Below, in pieces: positions 1 through 7,397 of a stretch of 14,008 nucleotides of DNA. The stretch is taken from NCBI GenBank assembly GCA_046757525.1, contig JBHHYI010000108.1:1-14008 (forward strand). Reading direction: 5' to 3'. The translations under genes and the position numbers were made by a program. The notes under the pieces were generated by a model. That model saw only the letters and a list, made by a program, of their open reading frames with translations, was not told the DNA's origin and made no database searches. Origin of the DNA: a bacterium. GTDB taxonomy: Bacteria > Zhuqueibacterota > Zhuqueibacteria > Oceanimicrobiales > Oceanimicrobiaceae. Positions within the stretch are counted from its first letter, which is position 1, and each line of letters begins with the position of its first letter.

Positions 1-8
1 ACGGGTGT

Positions 9-61
9 AACCTTGCGTCGGTCAGGCGCCCGACTGAAAGGTTGGGAACCTTCGCAAAGTT
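9..61. repeat. Nested palindromic (REP-like) element downstream of the large gene
   Basis: AACCTTGCG[TCGGTCAGGCGCCCGACTGA]AAGGTT-GGG-AACCTTCGCAAAGTT. Removing the bracket leaves a 15-bp inverted repeat (14/15 match); the bracketed 20 nt is itself an imperfect palindrome (8/10 pairs). Confidence 0.6.
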
Positions 62-72
62 CTGTCTCGGGC

Positions 73-3000
73 CTACTTCAACAAGACCATTTTTTTGGTC
101 TGTCTAAATTGTCCGGAAACAATCTGGTAGTAATAAACGCCTGAACCCACTTTGGCGCCAAAGTCGTCTCTGGCATCCCAAACGACGACATGAAATCCCG
201 CGTCTTTGCGCTCGTCTACCAGCGTTCTCACCGCACGCCCCAGCACGTCGAATATCTTGATGACAACGTGGTCGGCATCGGGCAGTTGGTAGCGAATTTT
301 GGTTTCCGGATTAAACGGATTGGGGAAATTCTGGCTCAACTCAAAGGTCTTCGGCGCGCTGACATCGATGAAGATAGGCCCGTGCCGGGTCTTCGCGCCG
401 CGGACATCCACGTCTTCAAGGATATAGTAATAACGCTGGCCTACGACCACATGAGCGTCTTTAAACTGGTACGCACCGGTTGCACTGGGCGGAATCAACT
501 GGTCATTGAGCTTGGTGAAGTTCCCGGTGCGCGACAGACTGCGCAATACATTGAATCCCAGGTTGTCGATTTCCCGACTGGTGTTCCAGAGAATCTTGAC
601 GCCGTTGAAGCCGTCGAGCTGAGCCATAAAACTGGACAGCTCCACGGAGACCACCAAATCCATCTTCCAGGCCAGTGACACGGTGTCTTTGGTGTCGGTG
701 ACATCCAGGGTGATGATGTAAGAAGCGGGTTCCAGGTTGTCTGTGAGAAAATCGTATTGCGGAGTCGTCGAAACCAGGGAGCCGTTGTTCTTCCAGGTGT
801 ACAACAAGGCGTCGCCGTCCTGATCCTGGACGTTTACCGAGAACAGCAGACTGCCACCGCGGGGATAAGCCAACTCAAAGTCCTCCGGCATGTGCGACAC
901 GATGACCGGCGGGTGGTTGCTGTTCAGCACGGTGATGTCGATGGTCTCAGAGTCCAGACCACCCTGGTTATCACGGGCGATGAAAGTCACCGGATAAACA
1001 CCGGCCTGCTTGTCTGTTGGCGTCCAGGTGAAGGTTTGAGAGCTGGCGTTAAACGAAGCCCCTGTGGGTAGGTTTTGGGCCTCATAGGTGATGGGATCCC
1101 CGTCGTCGTCGGTGGCGGTAACCTGTAATTGCAACTGGTTACCCTCCACCACCGAGGTGTCCCGCAGTCCCACGAAAAGTGGGAAATTGTTAGATACGCC
1201 AGTCGCCATAAACTTAACCGGAGATCCATTCAGGGTGGAGACAATGGCCCAGGCTTCATTCGCTGCCTGGCTGCCCACTGTAAATCTATTTGACGCAATC
1301 CCCTGCGTATCGGTTTTTGTGGTATTTGGGGACTGAACCGCCAACGAACCGCCCCCCTGGGTCACGATCCACTGAACATCGACCCCTGCTACCGGATTCC
1401 CAAAGGCGTCGGTGACCTTTACTTCCAGAGGCGAGACAAGTTCTCGGTTAAAAGTCCCGTCTTGGTTGTTGCCGCTCAATTCGGCAATATCGGTCGCAGC
1501 CCCGGAAACCACGTTCACAGTAAACACTACGAAAAATCCGGGCAGATCATTGGAAATGGCCTTGACCTTCACGGTACCGATGGTGTTCGGGAGTCGTACC
1601 GTGGCTATGGCGCGGCCGTTGGCAAACGTGGCGTTGTTCTCCGACTCAATGGTGGCCCCTCCTTCGATCACTTCAAAGTCGACATGAGCCCCTTGAATGG
1701 GATTGCCGTTAATGTCGGTAATTCTGATTTTTACCGTATAGAGCGAATTCACTTCACCGCTACCGCCATCTCCTTCAAATTTCTCAAGGATGGCCGGCGT
1801 GCCCACGACGCTTTCAAAGGTAAAAGTTACCGGTGAGCCCGCCAGGGCAGCATTGCTGGCTTGCACGATATTGGTGCCAACTGTGGGACCCTGGGTGAAA
1901 ATGGTCTGAGCGATACCGCGGTAATCGGTCAAGGCATTTTCCGTCTCGACGGTTCCACCTCCTTGAATCGGCGTAAACGTCACCGGCACATTCCAGACAG
2001 GCTTGCCGTTGGCATCGGTTACCTTTACTGCTAAAGGATCCGGCAACTGCAGCCCGGCGATGATGCCGTTCTGACTGTCCCCTGACTGCAAGCTCAGGGT
2101 GGTAGCAGTCGCTGTTACGCCGGTGGCGCTAAATTGAACGGGCGAGCCAGTCAGGTTCGGTGCCTGGGCCTGGACGCTATTAGCACCCGGATTGGGGCCC
2201 ACCACCCAGGTCGCCGAAGCTTTGCCTTGGTTGTCCGTAACAATGCCAAGCGCAGATTTGCCTAAAGCCCCCACCGTACTTCCTTGATTCTCTAAAATAA
2301 GCCCGCCACCGCCTGTCACTTCAAAATTGACATTAAATCCCGGAACTGGGTTGCCATTCTTGTCTTTGACAATGACCACGACCGGGTCTGTCACCGCAGT
2401 GCCTACATTGGTTTGCTGATTATTTCCCGACAGCAGGGCGATGTTGTCCGCAGCCAACGGCTGAAAGGTAATCTGCGTGGTGGAATTGATGTCGAGCTGT
2501 GCAACGACATCCCTGGCTGAGATGGTCTTGGTGCCCGAGACGGTGGAAGAAATGGTTCCGGTCACCTGACCATTGGCATCGGTTGGACTGGTGGGCTGGC
2601 TGATATTATCTGCCGGATCTGAAGACATAAAAATAACCGCTCGACCAGCGATGGGATTACCACATTTGTCCGTCAAAGTCGCCGTAATGGTCGACTTGGT
2701 GCTGCCGTCAGCCGGCACCGACGCTGGATCCGCTGTCAGAGTGGACGCATCCGGATCTACCGGGCCGGCTACCACGTTGGCGAACAGCTCCATGGGGGAC
2801 CCGCTGAGATTATTGACCCCGTCGGTAGCCGTGACCGTAATCTTCTGGGCGTTATCGCCAATAACACAGCCTAAAACCCAGACCACGGAAGCAACGCCGT
2901 TGGCATCGGTAAAGATAGTGGTGTCCTGGCTCGTGCTGTAAAAAGTCCCGGCGCCGGTGGTCACGGAAAAGTTGACCGGGTGGTTGGGAACGCTATTAGA

Positions 3001-6000
3001 AGCGCTGTCGGTAATTTTCACCTGAATTTCCGGCAAGGCTTCTCCTGCGACTCCCGAAAGCGCCCCGCTGGTTACCAGAGACAGGGTTGTAGCATCGCTG
3101 GCCACCGCCGAGGCCACGAAAGTGATGGGGGACCCGCTGAGCGGCCCATTATTGTCAGCGGAAGCCTGGACTTTATTGTTGAAAGGATTCTGAGGCGTTC
3201 CCGAGGTGCTGCCCAGGGTCAACATGGCCGAGGCTTCGCCACTCCCGTTAGTAGGTACCGTGATTGTGGGATTGCCATTAAAACTTCCTCCCCCTTCCAC
3301 TACGGTAAACAGGACCGGCCATCCAACCACCGGGTTGACGCCATCGGTCACACGCACGACAAAGGGCGCTGGCAGATCGCTGTTGATGATGCTGGAGAGG
3401 CTATCGCCAGAAACTTTTTCCAGGGTTGTTGCTGCTCCTGGCTGCGCAGAAGCGGTAAAAGCGATGGGGGAACCGGTCAACCCCTGGTTGCCAAACGAAG
3501 CAGAAACTTCCAGTTTGTTGTTGGAATCGCCCGCGGTGGGTCCCAAACGCCATTCCGCCATTGCAACACCGTTTGCGTCGGTGGGGACATCTTGTGGCGT
3601 GGATTGCCCATTGACCTTCCCACCTCCGGCTGTTACGGCAAAATTGACGTTGAAACCAGCCAGAGGATTGCCCAGCGCATCCAGCACTTTCACGGAAATG
3701 GAATCGGCCAAAGGCAAGTTGACCGTTCCGTTTTGCGTCAAAGCAGAAATGGCCTGCAAAGTTTGGGGCGCAGCAGAATTAGCCGTGAAACTAACCGGCG
3801 AGCCCGAAAGCGACGCGGTTGCTTGAGCGGTGTTGGGGACCCCGGGCTGAGGACCCAAAGTTAAAGTTGCCCCGGCAATTCCCGCACTATCGGTAGTAAC
3901 GATGACCTCATTGCTCCCGCTAAAATTACCTCCGCCACCAGTTACTGTGAAGGTCACCTGGAATCCAGAAACCGGCGAGCCAAGATCGTCGGTGACCTGC
4001 ACTTTAAACGGCTTGGCCAAGACAGTCCCGACCGTTCCAGTCTGGTTGTCGCCGCTATCTGCGGCATATTTCTGGATCTTAGCAGCCGGCCCGGCCTCGG
4101 CAAATATGGTGAAGATGATGTCCGGGCCTGTATAACCGGGTGCGGTCACTTTGATTTCATTCCTGGCGGTATCGGTCGCCAACGTAAAGGTATTGAACGC
4201 CTGGCCTTGATCGTTGGTCAGCACCGGATTGGGCGCCGTCATCGATCCGTTGCCCAGGATTACGTCAAAATTGACGTCAAAATTGGGTACCAAATTGCCA
4301 TACTGGTCTCTTAGCTCGACACCGAAAGGATCGGTCAAGGTTTGGCCTGGTGGCGCGGTTTGTCCGTCGCCCAGAATCTTGGTAATGGTTTCGGCAGAAT
4401 CGGCCACAGCGGTTTCAGTAAAAACGACCGGCGTCAAGGCGGCGAAGCTGGCTTCTACGGTATAGCTACCGGCCACAGTGCCCAACGTCAAATTGGCGGT
4501 GGCAATGCCGTTGGCATCGGTCAAGGTGCCACCGGGAACTTCGATGTTGCTGGGTACAAAACCAAGATTGTTGGTTATGAGAATCTGATCCAGTTTGGTG
4601 CCGTCTTTACCCTCATTGACCATGAGCGTATGGGTGCCGGCCGTCAAAGTGAATATGACGGGGTCCTCCTCCGGGTTAGTCGCGGAGCCTGTGCCACGAT
4701 GAGAAACCTGATCCCAGAACCAAACGCTGGAGTGATTTCTCTGGCCCACGTCCCAGAATTTCTCGGGACCGCCATCCATGTGTATCTTGAACACATCGCT
4801 GCCACCGTCGGGCGCGATGGCACGCCCCCACACCACGTAATCCCCCGCCACGTCGACATTAAAGGTAAACTCGGCCACGCCATCGCCCACGCCGGTGCCG
4901 TCCGGAACGTGGATGAATTTGCCGTTGGAGGCCGTGGCGTCGGTGCCCACGGTCATCAGTCCTGACAGGGTGCCGTTCTCGGCCTCCAGTACGATCTCGT
5001 CCCGCGGGGGCGGCACGTCCAGAGTGGCGCCCGTACCGGAGGTCACGACAAAATCGACATAGACGCCGTCCACCGGGATACCGCCGTCGTCGATCAATTG
5101 GACTTGCAGGGGCGTAGTCAAAGTCTGGCCAACCGTTCCTTGCTGCAAATCGCCGCCGACCAGATTCAACTGAGAAGGTGCTCCGGGGATGAGCAGGAGC
5201 GTAAAGTCGTCCATGTCGTTGTTCAAATTCTCTCGCAGTGCCACACCGGTCCAGAAATCTTGAGCTAAGTCATACGTTTTAGCCGCATCGGAAACGCGGC
5301 CGTCCAAAGCTCCATTCTTGAAGAAATCAAAATGATTGCCATTGACATCGGAGGTGATCACCACCTTCACCTCGTCGCCCGGACCGGCAGCGCTCAAGTT
5401 TGGATTCGTGTTGGTGTCCAGAGGCGGTGCCACAACCTGGCCGTTTTGAATCTCCCACAAACGAATTTCATTTACCGACGTCCTCCGAGTCACAGCATAC
5501 CCATTACCGGTAATACTTGCGGTGCCAAATACGAAAGCAAAGCCGGCCTGGTCAATTCCCGCGGCATCAGCATCGGGTGAAGGTGCCCATTTGAACGACA
5601 CTTCCTCAGGGTTTTTTCGCGCCGTCAAGATCGCTAATTGATCCCAACTGCCCGCCGTGGCAGTATTTCTCAGTTGATTGTTAAAAATTTGATAAGCTGA
5701 ATGGGCGATCCAGTTAGAGTCTAAACTTGCTCGATTGAAATTATCTACAAAAAGATTGCCTGCCACAGTGGTAGCGTTTGGTACATTTGAAAGAGGCGAT
5801 GCATTACCCGACTCGTCTATCACTATTAAAGAAAAATAATATTGAGTCCCCGGTGACAAACCCGTCACAGTGAACGATTGTGGCGTACCAGACGTATCGG
5901 GAATAGGAAGCCCGGTTACCTTGGTTGCTGAATCAACATTGGCCGCCGTAATTTCACTGGTAGAATAACGTAAATCATAAGTAGAGGCGGTTCCTTCAAG

Positions 6001-7353
6001 GCCGTCGTCTCCTGTGGCCGTCCAATTCAATGTCACCGACGACAGCTTTACATCTGAAACGCTAAGTACCACGGCATCGGGAGCAATGTTATCCAAACTG
6101 GATTCAGTAGAAAATTCCTCAACATCAGCGTTCCCACCCGGAGTGAGAATCCCAGCATAGAGTTCGCTTGCGTTACCCAGCACGAAGTTGGGATCGGTAA
6201 GCCGTCGATCAAACTGATCATTTATGAACACATCGAAATGATTGCCGCTGGCGTCTGTGGACATCTGCACTTTCAGGACATCGCCAGGCAGCGGATCAGG
6301 TAAGTTGCTCGTTGCTTTTGCAATTACCGTATCTAAGACCCCGTTGGTAATGGCCCACAAACGAACTTCATTAAGCGTCGATCTAACTTGTATGCCATAA
6401 CCACTGGCACTATTGGGGTCACAACTGTCTAACTTGAGTGCTAATGCGACAAAATCTAAATCACTGGCAGAGGTGCTCCACTTCATCGACGCCTTGTCGG
6501 CATTTGTTAAGCCATTGTAAACAGCCAGAAATTCCCAGAGACCTACCGGCGCTGTGTTGACTAAATCTCCATTTTGAAGGGTGTAATCGGCATCCGCCAT
6601 CCAGACTCCGCCCAGGGAAGAACGTTCGAAATTGTCAGTAACTTTAGTATCTGTAAAAGTAAGTGCATTCATAATCAGATTAAAGTAAACCTGAGCCATC
6701 AACGCATAGCCGGTATCGTTGGGATGTTTATCATTAGACATCAGATCGGTTTGCCAGTTCGGGTTACATTTAAATACCTCGTTATGACCTGCATAAAAAA
6801 TGAGGAAACCCGCACTTCTTTTTGCCAAGTATAATTCACGAATGAGGTCACGTAACTGAGTGGTTTCAGGATCTTTATTATCTTTACGAGGAATGATTGC
6901 GGACAAAATAATGATCGTATTAGGATTGTCATTGTGAATGGCATCCAGTATGCCATTTATGTCATCTTTCACAGTTTGAGGTGAATCTCCCGCTGTTAAA
7001 TCGTTGGTTCCGATATGCAGCAGCACAATGTCCGGCTTCGCTTGCAATATCGTCCCGATATTGGCAACGATTTCGTCCGCTCTCTGCCCCGGGATACCCT
7101 CGTGATTATTCGAAATCCCGGCGGGAAAACCGGTACCATCTGATTGGGAGCCCACAAAATCAAAACCCACGCCTTCGTCTACCAACAACTGCGCCAGGTC
7201 GTTTCTGAATCCAGCAGAGTCGGTTGAACCTGTGCCGAAGGTTATTGAATCGCCTAAAGGCATGATCTTAGTTTGCGATTGCACGGTGGAAATGTGAATT
7301 AACAAACCCAAAATAATGGTAATACCCCATGCACAATTTTCCTTGGTTTTCAT
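73..7353 (-). CDS. Large secreted multidomain protein: SGNH/GDSL hydrolase, duplicated beta-sandwich domains, FN3, Big_1 Ig-like repeats, CBM-like module, cadherin/PKD-like domains, FlgD-Ig/T9SS type A-like C-terminal domain
   Basis: 2426-aa ORF with ATG preceded by GGAGGT and an N-terminal hydrophobic signal peptide. SGNH blocks (PLGDSIT, GIPG, HIGTND, HPN), repeated 'V.D..GNPV.G..V.F.V..GGG...TD.NG.A' Ig units, and C-terminal SQNFPNPFNPET...SGVYYY...KKMVLLK. Confidence 0.93.
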   Translation of the reverse strand: MKTKENCAWGITIILGLLIHISTVQSQTKIMPLGDSITFGTGSTDSAGFRNDLAQLLVDEGVGFDFVGSQSDGTGFPAGISNNHEGIPGQRADEIVANIGTILQAKPDIVLLHIGTNDLTAGDSPQTVKDDINGILDAIHNDNPNTIIILSAIIPRKDNKDPETTQLRDLIRELYLAKRSAGFLIFYAGHNEVFKCNPNWQTDLMSNDKHPNDTGYALMAQVYFNLIMNALTFTDTKVTDNFERSSLGGVWMADADYTLQNGDLVNTAPVGLWEFLAVYNGLTNADKASMKWSTSASDLDFVALALKLDSCDPNSASGYGIQVRSTLNEVRLWAITNGVLDTVIAKATSNLPDPLPGDVLKVQMSTDASGNHFDVFINDQFDRRLTDPNFVLGNASELYAGILTPGGNADVEEFSTESSLDNIAPDAVVLSVSDVKLSSVTLNWTATGDDGLEGTASTYDLRYSTSEITAANVDSATKVTGLPIPDTSGTPQSFTVTGLSPGTQYYFSLIVIDESGNASPLSNVPNATTVAGNLFVDNFNRASLDSNWIAHSAYQIFNNQLRNTATAGSWDQLAILTARKNPEEVSFKWAPSPDADAAGIDQAGFAFVFGTASITGNGYAVTRRTSVNEIRLWEIQNGQVVAPPLDTNTNPNLSAAGPGDEVKVVITSDVNGNHFDFFKNGALDGRVSDAAKTYDLAQDFWTGVALRENLNNDMDDFTLLLIPGAPSQLNLVGGDLQQGTVGQTLTTPLQVQLIDDGGIPVDGVYVDFVVTSGTGATLDVPPPRDEIVLEAENGTLSGLMTVGTDATASNGKFIHVPDGTGVGDGVAEFTFNVDVAGDYVVWGRAIAPDGGSDVFKIHMDGGPEKFWDVGQRNHSSVWFWDQVSHRGTGSATNPEEDPVIFTLTAGTHTLMVNEGKDGTKLDQILITNNLGFVPSNIEVPGGTLTDANGIATANLTLGTVAGSYTVEASFAALTPVVFTETAVADSAETITKILGDGQTAPPGQTLTDPFGVELRDQYGNLVPNFDVNFDVILGNGSMTAPNPVLTNDQGQAFNTFTLATDTARNEIKVTAPGYTGPDIIFTIFAEAGPAAKIQKYAADSGDNQTGTVGTVLAKPFKVQVTDDLGSPVSGFQVTFTVTGGGGNFSGSNEVIVTTDSAGIAGATLTLGPQPGVPNTAQATASLSGSPVSFTANSAAPQTLQAISALTQNGTVNLPLADSISVKVLDALGNPLAGFNVNFAVTAGGGKVNGQSTPQDVPTDANGVAMAEWRLGPTAGDSNNKLEVSASFGNQGLTGSPIAFTASAQPGAATTLEKVSGDSLSSIINSDLPAPFVVRVTDGVNPVVGWPVLFTVVEGGGSFNGNPTITVPTNGSGEASAMLTLGSTSGTPQNPFNNKVQASADNNGPLSGSPITFVASAVASDATTLSLVTSGALSGVAGEALPEIQVKITDSASNSVPNHPVNFSVTTGAGTFYSTSQDTTIFTDANGVASVVWVLGCVIGDNAQKITVTATDGVNNLSGSPMELFANVVAGPVDPDASTLTADPASVPADGSTKSTITATLTDKCGNPIAGRAVIFMSSDPADNISQPTSPTDANGQVTGTISSTVSGTKTISARDVVAQLDINSTTQITFQPLAADNIALLSGNNQQTNVGTAVTDPVVVIVKDKNGNPVPGFNVNFEVTGGGGLILENQGSTVGALGKSALGIVTDNQGKASATWVVGPNPGANSVQAQAPNLTGSPVQFSATGVTATATTLSLQSGDSQNGIIAGLQLPDPLAVKVTDANGKPVWNVPVTFTPIQGGGTVETENALTDYRGIAQTIFTQGPTVGTNIVQASNAALAGSPVTFTFESVVGTPAILEKFEGDGGSGEVNSLYTVKIRITDINGNPIQGAHVDFEVIEGGATIESENNATFANGRAIATVRLPNTIGTVKVKAISNDLPGFFVVFTVNVVSGAATDIAELSGNNQDGTFNRELVSPLEVKVTDAFGNPVAGVDVQWIVTQGGGSLAVQSPNTTKTDTQGIASNRFTVGSQAANEAWAIVSTLNGSPVKFMATGVSNNFPLFVGLRDTSVVEGNQLQLQVTATDDDGDPITYEAQNLPTGASFNASSQTFTWTPTDKQAGVYPVTFIARDNQGGLDSETIDITVLNSNHPPVIVSHMPEDFELAYPRGGSLLFSVNVQDQDGDALLYTWKNNGSLVSTTPQYDFLTDNLEPASYIITLDVTDTKDTVSLAWKMDLVVSVELSSFMAQLDGFNGVKILWNTSREIDNLGFNVLRSLSRTGNFTKLNDQLIPPSATGAYQFKDAHVVVGQRYYYILEDVDVRGAKTRHGPIFIDVSAPKTFELSQNFPNPFNPETKIRYQLPDADHVVIKIFDVLGRAVRTLVDERKDAGFHVVVWDARDDFGAKVGSGVYYYQIVSGQFRQTKKMVLLK
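76..651 (-). other. 'VELSSF' FN3-like domain plus FlgD-Ig/T9SS type A-like C-terminal sorting domain (76-354)
   Basis: VELSSF...W.T..E.DN.GFNV.RS...YYY.LE.VD..G, then QNFPNPFNPET.I.Y.LP...IFDVLGR.VRTLV...WDARD..G..VGSGVYYY...KKMVLLK. Confidence 0.82.
655..1194 (-). other. Two cadherin-like/putative-Ig (He_PIG/PKD-like) domains
   Basis: NNFP...ATDDDGDPITY..NLPTGASF...FTWTP...GVYPVTF.A.D, followed by NHPP...QDQDGD.LLYTW; acidic DxDGD motifs. Confidence 0.7.
1198..5187 (-). repeat. Array of 11 Big_1/invasin-like Ig domains (protein-level repeat, ~100-115 aa each)
   Basis: I count 11 units matching 'SG.nQ.g.vg..L..P..V.V.D..GnPV.g..V.F.V..GgG...TD.nG.A....lG...G.N...A..l.GSPv.F.A'. The DNA is diverged between units. 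Confidence 0.85.
4573..5001 (-). other. CBM6/CBM35-like jelly-roll module inserted in the first Ig repeat, aa ~785-927
   Basis: IVLEAENGTL, DATASNGKFI, AGDYVVWGR, LTAGTHTL, LDQILIT pattern; several Trp residues. Confidence 0.65.
5191..5751 (-). repeat. Unassigned ~185-aa beta-rich domain, copy 2
   Basis: Collinear conserved motifs shared with copy 1 at 6103-6642. Confidence 0.75.
5767..6093 (-). other. Fibronectin type III domain, aa ~421-529
   Basis: SVTLNWTATGDDG, YDLRYS, TVTGLSPGTQYYF, DESGN.S.LSN match the bacterial FN3 pattern. Confidence 0.85.
6103..6642 (-). repeat. Unassigned ~180-aa beta-rich domain, copy 1 (ConA/LamG-like fold suspected)
   Basis: Aligns by eye with copy 2: DNFERSSL/DNFNRASL, L.NTA, NEVRLW.I.NG/NEIRLW.I.NG, PGD..KV, GNHFD.F.N, EEF/DDF. 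Confidence 0.75.
6664..7272 (-). other. SGNH/GDSL hydrolase domain (CE3-like esterase type), aa ~28-230
   Basis: KIMPLGDSITFG (Ser36), FDFVGS, NHEGIPG, PDIVLLHIGTND, NDKHPNDTGY (His210). Confidence 0.88.
7276..7353 (-). other. Sec signal peptide of the large protein (aa 1-26), probable cleavage VQS|Q
   Basis: MKTK basic N-region, ITIILGLLIHI hydrophobic core, V-Q-S at -3/-1; the SGNH domain begins immediately after (TKIMPLGDS). Confidence 0.7.
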
Positions 7354-7363
7354 TTTACAGACG

Positions 7364-7369
7364 ACCTCC
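7364..7369 (-). promoter_or_regulatory. Shine-Dalgarno site of the large protein gene
   Basis: GGAGGT on the minus strand, 10 nt upstream of the ATG at 7353. Confidence 0.7.
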
Positions 7370-7397
7370 AGTGATTTTTGACTAATAGATCCATTTA

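Noticed and set aside
9..72. Rho-independent terminator after the giant gene
   Set aside because: Hairpin potential exists but there is no U-tract on the minus strand, so it is reported as a palindromic repeat instead.
2792..3141. Identical 17-mer ATGGGGGACCCGCTGAG at 2792-2808 and 3125-3141, and recurrent GTTGGCATCGGT-like words
   Set aside because: They encode conserved Ig-repeat motifs (LSGSP, TDANG). There is no regular short spacing as in CRISPR, no adenine-specific TR/VR pattern and no reverse transcriptase as in a DGR.
4262..4285. 12-nt tandem duplication ACGTCAAAATTG x2 (NFDVNFDV)
   Set aside because: In frame, only two copies, and it fits the normal Ig repeat consensus without adding length.
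190..5580. Long plus-strand ORFs (e.g. 2980-3864, 3206-3826, 4342-4965, 190-678)
   Set aside because: Antisense shadows of the GC-rich giant gene, with no recognisable motifs. All convincing genes are on the minus strand.
73..7353. Bacteroidota-type O-glycosylation sequons D-(S/T)-(A/I/L/V/M/T) in the giant protein
   Set aside because: I count about a dozen, roughly what the D/S/T-rich composition would give by chance, so they are not evidence of glycosylation.
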